A DNA stretch of 64,000 bases from an uncultured Gemmatimonadales bacterium (GTDB taxonomy: Bacteria; Gemmatimonadota; Gemmatimonadetes; Gemmatimonadales; GWC2-71-9), in NCBI GenBank assembly GCA_963739455.1, contig CAVUAK010000001.1, positions 800,001-864,000 on the forward strand, given 5' to 3'. The notes beneath the pieces were generated by a model. The model saw nothing but the letters and a program-made list of their open reading frames with translations, searched no databases and was not told the origin of the DNA. A program made the position numbers and the translations under genes. This document shows positions 31,495 through 43,881 of the stretch, one piece after another (the first letter of the stretch is position 1; every line of letters starts with the position of its first letter).

Positions 31495-32297
31495 CACCCC
31501 TCCTGTTTCACGAGCGTAAGCGGATCGATGGCGGCTCCCTTGAGCCGGATCTCGAAGTGCAGGTGCGGCGCGCTCGATCGACCGCTATTGCCGGCGAGGC
31601 CGATGACCTCGCCCGGTTCGATCGTGGCGCCCTTGTGAGTCACGATGCGGGACAGGTGCCCGTACAGCGTCTGGTACTCGTCCGGATGCTGGATCAGCAC
31701 GAAGTTCCCGAACTCCGGGTCCTGGCCCGCGTCCAGCACCGTCCCACCGCCGGCGGCGCGCACGATGCTTCCCGTGGCCACCGCGATGTCCACCCCTTCG
31801 TGCGGGCCATCGGGATCGGTCGCTGAACGGCCGCGCGTCATGTAGCTGGGATCGTCGAGCGGCCAGAACGCCGGCACCGACGCGCCGGTGGGGAAGCGGC
31901 GTGACAGCGCGGTGTTGGCCCGTACCGGAGGGGCCAGCGGCAGTGTTGAGGAGCCGCGTCCCAGCGCCGGCATCACGTCGCCGCCGATCATGCCGCGCAC
32001 CTGGTCGTAGCGCTTCTCCACGCTGTCGAGTGCTGCAGCAAGTTCGCGAATCTTCGCGTTGTCCAGTTCGAGCCGCGCCACTTTTCTCTCGAGCAATGGC
32101 ACCCGCGCTGCGGCGCGGACAAGCGGGGCGTACGAGAGCGCAACGAACACCAGCAGGCCGACAACTGCGGTCATTCCGCCGAGTGCCAGGCGCAGGCCCC
32201 AGAGCGGAAGCCTGATGGTGCGCGCCTGCAGCGCCCCGTCGGGCTGCACCAGGATGGTGACGTACCTGGTGTCCTGCTTGCGGCCCGGGCTCGTCAT
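31494..32297 (-). CDS. M23 metallopeptidase with N-terminal TM and coiled coil
   Basis: HEGVD, YGHL, PHLHFE. Confidence 0.9.
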   Translation of the reverse strand: MTSPGRKQDTRYVTILVQPDGALQARTIRLPLWGLRLALGGMTAVVGLLVFVALSYAPLVRAAARVPLLERKVARLELDNAKIRELAAALDSVEKRYDQVRGMIGGDVMPALGRGSSTLPLAPPVRANTALSRRFPTGASVPAFWPLDDPSYMTRGRSATDPDGPHEGVDIAVATGSIVRAAGGGTVLDAGQDPEFGNFVLIQHPDEYQTLYGHLSRIVTHKGATIEPGEVIGLAGNSGRSSAPHLHFEIRLKGAAIDPLTLVKQEG

Positions 32298-33177
32298 CCT
32301 TCGAAGGGACGACCGAGAATGATCTCGAGCAGCCGCGCCAGGTCGTCGTTCGAGTAGTAGCTCAGCGTCACCAGGCCGCGTCCACGGCGCTTCGCCGTCA
32401 CGCGCACGTCGGTGCCCAGCCGTTGCCGCAGTGCCTCCTCCACCCGGCGCGCATCAGCTGTCGGGTTGCGCACCTCCGCGGCGCGCGCGCGGCGCGTGGG
32501 CGGACGATCGCCGCGCACCCGTGCCTCGAGCTCGCGCACCGACCATCCGCCCGCCACCGCCTCAGTCGCCAGTCGTTCGATGGCAGCCGGGTTGCTCCAG
32601 CGCCAGCAGCGCGCGCGCGTGACCCTCACTGAGCTTCTTCTCGTGCAGCAGTCCCCGCACCATCAGCGGCAGCTTCAGCAGTCGCAGGGTGTTCGCCACC
32701 GTGGAACGGTCGCGTCCCACCATGCGTGCCAGTTCCTGCTGCGGCATCGCGAACTCATCGATGAGGCGCTGGTAGCCGAGCGCCTCGTCGATGGGCGAGA
32801 GGTCATCACGCTGCAGGTTCTCCACCAGCGCCAGCGTGAGCGAGCGTCCGGTCGTCCGCTTCCTTCACTACCGCGGGCACGTTGGCCCAGCCCAGCTGCT
32901 GCACTGCGCGCCAGCGACGCTCGCCGGCGATCAGTTCATACGCGCCGGCACCGGCGGAACGCACCACGATCGGCTGGAGCAGTCCCGACGATTCAATGGA
33001 GCGCGTGAGGTCGGTGAGTTCGGCAGGATCGAAATGCGTGCGTGGCTGGAATGGGTTTGGTCGAATGGAGGTGACGGGCAGTTCACGCAGCGCACCGGAT
33101 GCCTGTGCCTGCTCGCGCGATACTCCCGGGCCAAGGAGTGCCTCGAGTCCCCGGCCAAGCCGCTTGCCATCGCTCAT
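32294..33177 (-). CDS. parB: Chromosome partitioning protein ParB (frameshifts near 32600 and 32840)
   Basis: LGRGLEALL, PNPFQPR, IAGERRWRA, ENLQR, RSTVANTLRLL. Confidence 0.93.
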
Positions 33178-33992
33178 GCCTTGGCCTCCGGTGCGACTGC
33201 TTCTGCCTCCGCATCGCCCGGCGCGCGCGCCGCGCGCTTCACCAGCTCCTGCGCCACCGCGAGGTAGCTCTTGGCACCCACCGACTGCACGTCATAGAGG
33301 AGAATCGGCTTGCCGAAGCTTGGCGCTTCCGCCAGGCGAACGTTCCGCGGGATCGCCGTGCGGAACACCTGCGCCGCGAAATATTCCTTCACGTCTTCCG
33401 ACACCTGGCGACAGAGATTGAGCCGCGCGTCGAACATCGTCAGCAGCACCCCGTCGAGCGCGAGCGACGGATTGAAGTTCTGCTGCACCTGCCGCACCGT
33501 GTTCAGCAGCTGTGAAATTCCCTCGAGCGCGTAGTACTCGCACTGGATCGGGATCACCACGCCGTCGGCCGCCGTCAGCACGTTGACTGTCAGCAGGCCG
33601 AGCGATGGTGGGCAGTCGATGATGATGAAATCGTAGCGATCGCGAATGCGCGCGAGTCCGCGGCGCAATGCCGTTTCGCGCTCGACGCGATTTACCAGCT
33701 CGAGTTCAGCGCCGACGAGATCCTGTGTCGCCGGCAATACATCGAGGAAGGGAATTCCAACGTCGCGCGCGATTACCTCGTCGGGGTCGCGTCCGTCGAC
33801 AATCACGTCGTAGAGTGACGCGTCGAGTTCACCCTTGCTCATTCCCACGCCGCTCGTGGCATTTCCCTGCGGATCGGCGTCTACCAGCAGCGTCCGTTTC
33901 TCGGCGATCGCGAGGGAGGAAGACAGGTTGACGGCCGTGGTCGTCTTCCCCACGCCGCCCTTCTGGTTGGCGATGGCAATGATTCTAGCCAT
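33174..33992 (-). CDS. parA: Chromosome partitioning ATPase ParA/Soj
   Basis: NQKGGVGKTTT, DPQGN, DCPPSLG, PRNVRLAEAPSFG. Confidence 0.95.
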   Translation of the reverse strand: MARIIAIANQKGGVGKTTTAVNLSSSLAIAEKRTLLVDADPQGNATSGVGMSKGELDASLYDVIVDGRDPDEVIARDVGIPFLDVLPATQDLVGAELELVNRVERETALRRGLARIRDRYDFIIIDCPPSLGLLTVNVLTAADGVVIPIQCEYYALEGISQLLNTVRQVQQNFNPSLALDGVLLTMFDARLNLCRQVSEDVKEYFAAQVFRTAIPRNVRLAEAPSFGKPILLYDVQSVGAKSYLAVAQELVKRAARAPGDAEAEAVAPEAKA

Positions 33993-34162
33993 TAACGTAA
34001 GTGCTTATGTGACAAGTATTTACGCTCCGAGTTACAGCGAGTACGAGCTCGGCGCCAGCGGGGGAGAGTCAATATATGTAGTTCCAAATTTCCGACAACT
34101 GTCTTGTTCTGATCTCTTGGCGTGATGAAATACACCTGGAGCCGCCGAATGGGCCACGGCGC

Positions 34163-34178
34163 CGTTTCACGTGAAACG
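34163..34178. other. parS: parS centromere site
   Basis: CGTTTCACGTGAAACG within a perfect 20-bp palindrome. Confidence 0.9.
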
Positions 34179-34748
34179 GCAGGCTCGATGCGGCTACCCA
34201 GGCCGGCTGCAGGCAAGGTGACCCAAGCACCTTGAAGGTCTGAGCCGCGACGCGTTCGAAGAGCCACAGGTCTCACCCGCTCGGCTGTGCCTTCCCCATA
34301 CGTGAACACCGTTCTGCTCGCGTTCAGGCGCTTCCGATCACCAGGTCAATCACGATTTCCAACCGGCACGAGCAAAAAGGAACGCCCTAAGAACAATCTC
34401 GGGGTACCCGGTCCGGTCGCTACCGACAGTGTCCGCTTGTCCAGGTAGGAAAGGGGAGAACGCCGCGAATGACCGGTGCGCAAACACACCCACGCGCTCT
34501 GCTTGTCAGGCTCCCAAGTCGTCAACGTGTTCGCCGAAGCAGAGGGCCTGCAGTCACGCCCATACAACTGGTCTTCGCTACCTCAGCGCGCACCCAGCCG
34601 AAACCCCAACCGTACCCCTGTTCAAGTCTCATCTGCCGCTCCTCTCTCTCGCCGCTTCCAGCCCCCCAGCCCCCCCCCCCCAGCCCCCCCCAGCTCCCCG
34701 CCCACCCGCCGTAACTCGCCTCGGCGCGACTGAGCTTCAGAGCTGATG

Positions 34749-34764
34749 CGTTTCACGTGAAACA
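34749..34764. other. parS: parS centromere site
   Basis: CGTTTCACGTGAAACA. Confidence 0.9.
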
Positions 34765-34959
34765 GATCGACAGTGTCAAGCTAGAAACATAGAATCAACA
34801 CGTAAGTGATTGTAAATCAATTGTTTAGATTGTTACATCTATCGAGCTACTTACCCAATAGTCTTCGGCTTCTATTCGGTAATCTATGTCGATGTCGCGC
34901 CCATCGCCATCGAGACCCGGCCCTGGAAAGCAAAGCGGGAGCGATCTCAGATCGCCCCC

Positions 34960-35030
34960 GCTCCTCCCTCTTCCCGCTTCCCTCTTCCCGCAGTTACCTC
35001 AGGTCCTCACGTCCTCACGTCCTCACGTCT
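34960..35030. repeat. Compound heptamer array (CTTCCCT/G)n-GCAGTT-(CCTCACG)n
   Basis: Direct reading. Confidence 0.75.
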
Positions 35031-36337
35031 TAGCTCCTCACCCACCTCCACACCTCTGAAATCTTCGGCCGCTTCCCATACATCAGTATGCCCACCCGGT
35101 AGATGCGCCCCGCCACCCACACCACCAGCAGCATTGCCCCAAACGTCAGCCCCATCGACAGCAGCAATTCCCCAATCGGGATCGGGGCCAGCGAATACCG
35201 CACCGGCACCACAAACGGCGCCATCAAGGGGATCAGGCTCAGCGTCCGCGCCAACGACCCGCTTGGCTCGTTCAGCAGCGAGAACATTGCCATGAACCCC
35301 GCCAGGATACACATCGTCACCGGGATGTTTGCCTGCTGTGCCTCCTGCTGCGAGCTGCACATCGCCGCCACCGCCGCGTACGCCGCCGCATACAGCAGGA
35401 AGCCCAGCACGAAGAAGATCAGGAACACCGCCAGGAGGTCCGGTCGCACAGTCGGCAACTGCATCGCCGACAGCGACTCGGGAGACGCTCCCAGAAGCTT
35501 CGCGAGTGACCCCCGATAGGTCGTCAGCAGCATCGCCGTCCCACCCCAGATGCTCAACTGCAGCAGCCCCACCCCTCCCACCCCAAGCACCTTCCCCAGC
35601 ATCATCTGGAACGGCGTCACGCTCGAGGCCAGCACTTCAGAGATCCGGTTGGTCTTCTCTTCCATGACCGAATTCATCACCTGGACCCCGTACAGCAACA
35701 TTGAGAAGTAGAGCACAAAGCCCATGATGTACGCCAGCATGAACGACGACGCGCCCGACTCGCCCGTCAGCTTCCCCGCCGTCACCTTCTGCGCCATCAC
35801 GTCCACCTCTCGCGACGCCTTCATCCCCACGAAGACGTCGATGCCCGCCCGTCGCAGCCGCTCCTGACGCAGCGTCGTCTGCAGCTCGGTCTCCAGCTTT
35901 CGCATGTCCGCCATGCTTCCGACGTTCACGCCATAGTAGGGAATCCGACCGCCATCGACCGACTCGTCGGTCAGCACCAGGACGCCATCGAACCCTTCCA
36001 CGCCCTTGAGCTGCACGCCGGTCAGGCCAATCAGCGAATCGCGAACCGGATCCACCCGACCGTGCGCCGGCACCCGCACCACCGTGTACCGCGCGACCCC
36101 ATCCGACCCCGCTCGTCGCGACGCCGCCAGCGCCTCCGCCACCTTGGCGCCCACATCGCCGCTGGCACCGTCCACCACCGCCACGCGCTTGGGTTCCGTC
36201 TCGCGCCGGTCGAGCAGGACCGGCAGCACCGTCAGGGCCACCATGAGCACCGGGAAAAGCACGGTGCCGATGACGAAGGCGCGCGTGCGCACCTTCTCCA
36301 GGAACTCGCGCCGCATTACCGCCCAGATCTTATGCAT
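35030..36337 (-). CDS. ABC-2 type exporter permease (NatB/YhaP-like)
   Basis: RREFLEKVR, EEKTNRISEVL, GKVLG, RIYRVGILMYGK. Confidence 0.88.
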   Translation of the reverse strand: MHKIWAVMRREFLEKVRTRAFVIGTVLFPVLMVALTVLPVLLDRRETEPKRVAVVDGASGDVGAKVAEALAASRRAGSDGVARYTVVRVPAHGRVDPVRDSLIGLTGVQLKGVEGFDGVLVLTDESVDGGRIPYYGVNVGSMADMRKLETELQTTLRQERLRRAGIDVFVGMKASREVDVMAQKVTAGKLTGESGASSFMLAYIMGFVLYFSMLLYGVQVMNSVMEEKTNRISEVLASSVTPFQMMLGKVLGVGGVGLLQLSIWGGTAMLLTTYRGSLAKLLGASPESLSAMQLPTVRPDLLAVFLIFFVLGFLLYAAAYAAVAAMCSSQQEAQQANIPVTMCILAGFMAMFSLLNEPSGSLARTLSLIPLMAPFVVPVRYSLAPIPIGELLLSMGLTFGAMLLVVWVAGRIYRVGILMYGKRPKISEVWRWVRS

Positions 36338-37297
36338 GTGCCAGGTCCTCCCGCGCCGGTGCACTCGCCGCGTCCGTGCCCACCTTGGCGATGAAGATCG
36401 ATTGCAGCGACGCCTCCACCAGCTCGAACCGGGAGATTCCCACGTCGGCGCTCACCAGCGCGCGCAGTAACTGGTCGCTCGCCGCTCCCTCTGCCAGCTC
36501 GGCCTCGGCGCTCGCACCGTAGTCATCCACCCGCGTCACCAGCGACCTGTCCCCCAGGATCCGCGCGGCCGCCTCCTGGTTCCGGTGGAACGCGAGCGCC
36601 ACGTGCCGACCCCCCGCCTCGCTCTTGATATCGGCCAGCCGCCCATCCACCACCTTCTCGCCCCGCGCGATGATCGCGATCCGCTCGCACATCTTCTCGG
36701 CCTGTTCCATGATGTGGGTCGAGAACAGCACGGTGCCGCCCGCTCCGCGGCGATCTCGACGCACCACGTCGCGCATCACCTGGCTGTTGACCGGATCGAG
36801 GCCGCTGAACGGCTCGTCGAGAATCACCAGCTCCGGCTCGTGCAGCAGGGCGCCGATGAACTGCACCTTCTGCTGCATCCCCTTGGAGAGCTCCTCGCAC
36901 CTTCTTCGCGCTCCAGTCGCCGAGGCCCAGCCGCTCGAGCCACTGCGGCCTGCGCCTGCGCCGCGCGCCGCTCGGCAGCCCCTTGAGCCTCGCCGAGGAA
37001 GATGAGGTGGTCGCGCACCTTCATCTTCTTGTAGAGGCCGCGCTCCTCCGGCAGGTAGCCGATCCGCTCCGAGAGCGTCGCGGCTCGACCGGCTCGCCGC
37101 CGAGGAGGGTCATCTTCCCCTCGTCGGGCAGCGATGATGTTCAGGATCATCCGGATGGTCGTGCTCTTGCCGGCGCCGTTCGGGCCCAGTAGTCCGTAGA
37201 TCCCGCCCCGCGGCACGGTGAGCGATAGCCTTCGCACCGCCGTGTGACCGGCGAATCCCTTGGAAATGCCGTCCAGCTCGATCGCGTTCTGGTACAT
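36330..37297 (-). CDS. ABC exporter ATP-binding protein (several frameshifts)
   Basis: GPNGAGKST, GYLPEERGLY, LDEPFSGLDP. Confidence 0.88.
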
Positions 37298-37366
37298 GGA
37301 AACTCCAGGCGGAAGGCAGGGAAGGACTCGTTAGCTTACTGCAACCCTGTCAGGCACGCATGCTCG

Positions 37367-37917
37367 ATGCTTCGATTGGCTCTTCCCACGGACGGCGAGC
37401 GGCTTGCCGCCATCTATGCCCCAGCCGTCACCGACCGCGCCACGTCGTTCGAGCTGACACCTCCCGACGCCGCCGAAATGGCGCGCCGCGTCAGTGCCCT
37501 CACCGCTGAACACCCTGGCTGGTCCTGGAAGAAAACGGATTGGTAGTTGGGTACGCCTACGCCAGTCCCCATCGTGACCGCCCGGCGTATCAATGGTCGG
37601 TAGAAATGTCCGCCTACATCGATGCCGCCGTCCACCGAGCCGGTCATGGACGGACACTCTATACCGCCCTGTTCGACATCCTCACCGCGCAGGGCTTCGC
37701 CAACGCCTACGCCGGGATCACCCTGCCTAACCCGGCGAGTGTCGGCTTCCATCAATCCATGGGATTTGGGAAGATCGGCGTATACCAGGGGATCGGCTAC
37801 AAGTTCGGCCACTGGCACGACGTGGTCTGGATGCATCGCCCCCTGGCCCCGAAGCGGCCCGATATGGCGCCGCCGCGTGCCCTCGCACAGGTACTGGCTA
37901 GCCAGCCACTTCGTTGA
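37367..37917 (+). CDS. GNAT phosphinothricin/arsinothricin acetyltransferase-like (frameshift near 37520)
   Basis: TSFELTPP, GYAYAS.HR.RPAYQW, PNPASVGFH, GYKFGHWHDV. Confidence 0.85.
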
Positions 37918-38179
37918 GGCGGACCAGCCCGGCCACTTCGTCATGGGGAACGACGAGGTGCTTGTGATCGGCCCGGATGCCAAACTTGTTCGTCCGCTTC
38001 AGGTACTCCTCGCGCGTCATCCCGCCCGCCGGATCATGCACCCCGACATCGTGCAACAGCAGGCCCGTGTCGGTGCGCTCATGGTACCGGCCCACATAGG
38101 TCCGTCCGGAAACACCGTCGAGTACGACGGTGATCCCGTGCAATTCCTCATGCCCCGGATGAAAGACGTGGCCGCTCAA
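37898..38179 (-). CDS. Small His-rich hypothetical protein
   Basis: TTG start overlapping the brxA stop; FHPGHEELHGITVV..GRYHE..LHDV. Confidence 0.65.
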   Translation of the reverse strand: MSGHVFHPGHEELHGITVVLDGVSGRTYVGRYHERTDTGLLLHDVGVHDPAGGMTREEYLKRTNKFGIRADHKHLVVPHDEVAGLVRLNEVAG

Positions 38180-38622
38180 CTCGCTGCTCCCGACGCCTCG
38201 CCGGCGCCGCAGTACTGGTCGAACGCCTTGACCAGGTCGTTCGCTACCGCATCCGGACCGCGGCCCTCGATCTGGTGCCGGTGAATGAACGCCACCACCT
38301 CGCCATCCTTGAACAGTGCCATCGACGGCGAGCTCGGCTGGTAGTCCGCGAAGAACTGCCGCGCCCGTGCCGTCGCCGGCAAGTCCTGGCCAGCGAACAC
38401 CGTCACCACATGATCCGGCTTCACCGTGTGCTTGAGCGCCGCCCGCAGCGCTGGTCGGGCGTTCCCCGCCGCGCAGCCGCACACCGAGTTCACGAACACC
38501 AGCGTCGTGCCGCGCTGGTCGCCCAGCTCCGCATCGACCTGCTCGACCGTCTTCAGTTCCTGTGCTCCCATGGCAACCATCTCCTCGCGCATGGGCTTGA
38601 CCATCATTTCGCTGTACGGCAT
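38176..38622 (-). CDS. brxA: BrxA/BrxB-family bacilliredoxin
   Basis: NSVCGCAAG.ARP, TVFAGQD, PSSPS, RHQIEG. Confidence 0.9.
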   Translation of the reverse strand: MPYSEMMVKPMREEMVAMGAQELKTVEQVDAELGDQRGTTLVFVNSVCGCAAGNARPALRAALKHTVKPDHVVTVFAGQDLPATARARQFFADYQPSSPSMALFKDGEVVAFIHRHQIEGRGPDAVANDLVKAFDQYCGAGEASGAAS

Positions 38623-38658
38623 CTGTGCTTCCTTCAAGTGGTCGTCATGGTTGAGAGC

Positions 38659-38712
38659 CAGGAGTTGGGAGTTCGAAGACCGCCTGAACTCTTAACTCCC
38701 AACTCCTAACTC
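38659..38712. repeat. Inverted heptamer arrays (GGAGTTG/AACTCCC) forming a hairpin
   Basis: GGAGTTGGGAGTT...AACTCTTAACTCCCAACTCCTAACTC between sufU and brxA. Confidence 0.75.
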
Positions 38713-39149
38713 GCTGTATCGTCAAGCGCCTTCTTCATCGTATGCCACGCCAGGCTTGCGCACTTCACCCGGATCGGGAACTGGGCCACGTTTGCGAACA
38801 CCTGGAGCCGGGCAGGAAGCGCCCGGGTGGCATCCGACGTCTCGCCGGTCACCAGCCCGTGGAATCCCGTGAACAGCTGCTCCACCTCATCCCTCGTCTT
38901 GCCCTTTATGGCGACGGTCATCAGGGAGGCTGACGCTCGCGAGATGGCGCATCCCGATCGCTCATCCTCGAAGCGCACATCCTTCACCACGTCGCCCTCG
39001 AACTCCAGCCACACCGTCACCTGGTCGCCGCAGAGGGGATTGTGTCCCTTCGCATGCGTGGCCGCCGGACTCTCGATGCGACCGTAGTTCCGCGGAGTCT
39101 TGTTGTGGTCCAGGATGACGCTCTGGTACAGCTCGCTGACCGATGACAT
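38706..39149 (-). CDS. sufU: SUF sulfur-transfer protein SufU
   Basis: LYQSVILDH, NPLCGD, GCAIS, RVKCA. Confidence 0.92.
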   Translation of the reverse strand: MSSVSELYQSVILDHNKTPRNYGRIESPAATHAKGHNPLCGDQVTVWLEFEGDVVKDVRFEDERSGCAISRASASLMTVAIKGKTRDEVEQLFTGFHGLVTGETSDATRALPARLQVFANVAQFPIRVKCASLAWHTMKKALDDTAS

Positions 39150-40389
39150 CAGGCGAACAACGTCCGGGCGCGCTCGACGCCGCGCCCAAGCGCCTCCACG
39201 TCGTCAGCGGTGTTGTACACGCTGAACGATGCCCGCGCCGTAGCCGGCACCCCGAAGCGGCGCATCAGCGGCTGGGCACAGTGATGCCCCGCACGAATGG
39301 CCACTCCGTCCTCATCGAGGACAGTTCCGAGGTCGTGCGGATGCACTCCCTCGAGCGTGAACGAGATGACCGACGCCCGGTTCGCCGCAGTGCCGATCAG
39401 CCGCACACCCCGAATGCCCGACAGCCGCTCGGTGGCGAGTGCCAGCAGCTCTGCTTCGTGCGCCACGATCAGCTCCGTCCCCCGCGCCTCGACGAAGGCG
39501 ATTGCCTCAGCCAGGCCGATCGCCTCGGCGATCGGTGGCGTGCCTGCCTCGAACTTCATCGGCACGTCCGCCCAGGTCGTCTCCGCCAGCGACACCGCGC
39601 CGATCATCCCGCCGCCCACCTGCCATGGCGACATCTCCCTCGAGCAGCGCCTCGCGCCCATAGAGCACGCCGATACCCGTCGGGCCGAACAGCTTGTGCC
39701 CGGAGAAGGCGAAGAAGTCGCAGCCCAGCGCCACCACGTCGACGATTCCGTGAGCCACCGACTGTGCGCCATCGACCAGGACGAGCGCCCCCGCCGCATG
39801 CGCCAGGTCGGCAACTCGCCGCACCGGGTTGATCGTGCCCAGCACATTGGAGAGGTGCGTCAGCGCCACCAGCTTCGTGCGCGACGTGATCAGCCGCTCC
39901 AGGGCATCGAGGTCGAGTTCGCCCGATTCCGTCACTGGCGCCATGCGCAGCGTCGCACCGGTCGCCCGCGCCAGCACCTGCCAGGGAACGAAGTTGGAGT
40001 GGTGCTCCATCTCCGTCACCACGATCTCGTCACCGGCCCCCACATTGGCCCGTCCCCACGCCTGGGCCACCAGGTTGATGCTCTCTGTCGTGCCGCGCGT
40101 GAAGATCACTTCGCGGGGCAGTGCAGCACCGATGAAACCCGGCTACCTCAGCCCGGGCGTCATCATACATCGCGGTCGCATCCGCGCTCAGCGCGTACAC
40201 CCCGCGGTGGATGTTGGCATTCTCCTCGGCGTAGAAGCGCGTCAACCGGTCGATCACCCGCTGCGGCTTCTGCGAGGTTGCGGCGCTGTCGAGATAGACG
40301 AGGCCGGGATTCGCGGCAAAGACCGGGAATTCGTCGCGCACGTCCGGCGTGTGGGAGCCCGAGGGTGACAGGACGTGGGCGGTCTTCAT
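39149..40389 (-). CDS. sufS: Cysteine desulfurase SufS (frameshifts near 39640 and 40120)
   Basis: [29 protein letters not shown]. Confidence 0.92.
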
Positions 40390-40391
40390 GG

Positions 40392-41672
40392 TCAGGCGCC
40401 GAGCCCCACGCCCACGCGCTCCTGCACCAGCCGATCCAGCTCGGCGCGGACCGGCTCCAGCGCCACCTCCGCCACCACCTCCGCCGCAAACGCGTACGTC
40501 AGGAACCGCCGCGCCGCCGCATGCGGGATGCACCGGCTCTGCAGGTAGAACAGCATGTTCTCGTTCAGCGCGCCCACCGTTGCACCATGGGTGCACTTGA
40601 CGTCGTCCGCGAAGATCTCGAGCTGCGGCTTGGTGTCGATCTTGGCCGTCTCGGAGAGCAGCAGCGCGCGGTTGGTCTGCTTCGCGTCGGTCTTCTGCGC
40701 CTCGGGCGTCACGAAGATCTTCCCGTTGAACACCCCGTGCGACTTGCCGTCCAGGATGCCCTTGTAGACCTCCCAGCTGCGGCAGTTGGGATGGTCATGG
40801 AAGATCGCCGTGTGGTTGTCCACCAGCTGTTCGTCCCGGCCGAAGTAGAGGCCGTACAGCAGGCTCTCCACGTTGGCGGCGTTCAGGTGGCTGCGCAGGT
40901 CGTGCCGCGCAATCGCCCCGCCCATGGCGAAGCTGAAGTTGCGGTAGTGGCTGTCGCGCTCCTGGGCCACGTGCGTGCACCCGATGTGGAAGGCGCGCTC
41001 GCTCTCCCGCTGGATCCGCGTGTGCTCCACCCAGGCGTTCTCGCCGACCACCACCTCGCACACGGTGTTGGTGAGGTAGCGCTCCGCGTTGCCCAGGGTC
41101 ACGTAGCTCTCGATGACCGACGCCCGCGCCTCGCGCTCCACCACCACCAGGTTGCGCGGGTACACCGCCGAGTCAGCGGCACCCGGCGCTGTCACGAACA
41201 GCAGGTGGATCGGCTGGGCCAGGTCGGCCCGCGCCGGCACATGCACGAATGCCCCGTCGGTGATCTGCCCGGTATTCCACGCCACGAACGGCGTCGCATC
41301 AATCGCGACGTGCCGGCCCAGGTGCTTCTCCAGCGAGGCGTTGCCGCCCCCGACCTGCGCCAGGCTCTCCACCCGCACACCGCTCTCGACCGACACCGAC
41401 GACAGCTCCGCGCTGTAGCGCCCGTTCACGAAGACCAGCCTCGGCCACTCCGCGTGCCCGAACATGAATGGCGCCAGTGCGTCGAGTGAGACGCTTGCTT
41501 CCGGCGCCACACCGAACGTCATCGACGAGATCGGCGAGATCGGGGTGAACCGCCACTCCTCGTCCTTCGACGTGGGCAGGCCCAGTTCGGCGAAGCGCTG
41601 GCCCCCCTGCTGTCGCAGGGCCACCAGCCACGCCGGCAGCGTGGTGTCGATCCGGTCGGCGACTGCCGTCAT
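40392..41672 (-). CDS. sufD: Fe-S assembly protein SufD
   Basis: [32 protein letters not shown]. Confidence 0.92.
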   Translation of the reverse strand: MTAVADRIDTTLPAWLVALRQQGGQRFAELGLPTSKDEEWRFTPISPISSMTFGVAPEASVSLDALAPFMFGHAEWPRLVFVNGRYSAELSSVSVESGVRVESLAQVGGGNASLEKHLGRHVAIDATPFVAWNTGQITDGAFVHVPARADLAQPIHLLFVTAPGAADSAVYPRNLVVVEREARASVIESYVTLGNAERYLTNTVCEVVVGENAWVEHTRIQRESERAFHIGCTHVAQERDSHYRNFSFAMGGAIARHDLRSHLNAANVESLLYGLYFGRDEQLVDNHTAIFHDHPNCRSWEVYKGILDGKSHGVFNGKIFVTPEAQKTDAKQTNRALLLSETAKIDTKPQLEIFADDVKCTHGATVGALNENMLFYLQSRCIPHAAARRFLTYAFAAEVVAEVALEPVRAELDRLVQERVGVGLGA

Positions 41673-42438
41673 GCCGTGGCCCCCGCGCCCGCCAGGTCCT
41701 CGATCCACTCGTAGCCGCGTGCCTCGAGCTCGAGCGCCAGCTCCTTGCCGCCCGACTTCACGATGCGGCCGTTCAGCCAGCACGTGCACGAAGTCCGGCA
41801 CGATGTAGTTGAGCAGCCGCTGGTAGTGCGTCACCACGATGGTGGCGCTGTCGGGCCGCTTGAGCTTGTTGACCCCGTTGGCCACGATGCGCAGCGCGTC
41901 GATGTCGAGCCCCGAGTCGGTCTCGTCGAGGATCGCGAGCTTCGGCTCCAGCACCGCCATCTGAAGGATCTCGTTCCGCTTCTTCTCGCCGCCCGAGAAG
42001 CCGACGTTGACGGACGCGCTGCATGATCTCGGGGCCCCACTCCACCATCTTGAGCTTCTCCTCGAGCAGGTCGAGGAAATCCATCGGGTCGAGCTTCCTC
42101 GAGCCCCTTGGCCTTCCGGATCTCGTTGTACGCCGCGCGGAGGAAGTAGGCGTTGGTGACGCCCGGGATCTCCACCGGGTACTGGAAGGCGAGGAACACG
42201 CCCTGCTGCGCCCGCTCCTCCGGCTCCAGGTCGAGCAGGTCCTGGCCCTCGTAGCGTCACCTCGCCGCCGGTGACCGTGTACGCCGGATGACCCGCCAGC
42301 ACCTGCGCCAGCGTGCTCTTGCCCGAGCCGTTGGGCCCCATGATGGCGTGCACCTCGCCGGCATTCACCGTGAGGTTGACGCCGCGAGGATTTCCCGCTC
42401 ACCAACCGACGCGGACAGGTTCCGGATCTCGAGCATGC

Positions 42439-42442
<4 letters not shown>
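41669..42442 (-). CDS. sufC: Fe-S assembly ATPase SufC (several frameshifts)
   Basis: [37 protein letters not shown]. Confidence 0.92.

Positions 42443-43877
<1,435 letters not shown>

Positions 43878-43881
<4 letters not shown>

Noticed and set aside
31504..31519. Third parS site
   Set aside because: Only one half (TGTTTCAC) matches.
33993..35029. oriC in the parS intergenic region
   Set aside because: I found no TTATCCACA-like DnaA boxes, dnaA is absent, and the C-rich polarity of the repeat arrays does not flip across the region.
39297..41489. Long antisense ORFs (730 aa here; also 1597-3219, 49559-51073, 57432-59447)
   Set aside because: Stop-poor shadow frames of high-GC genes, with no recognisable motifs.
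40392..42368. SufC-SufD fusion
   Set aside because: Produced by frameshifts; SufD has its own ATG at 41672 overlapping the SufC stop.
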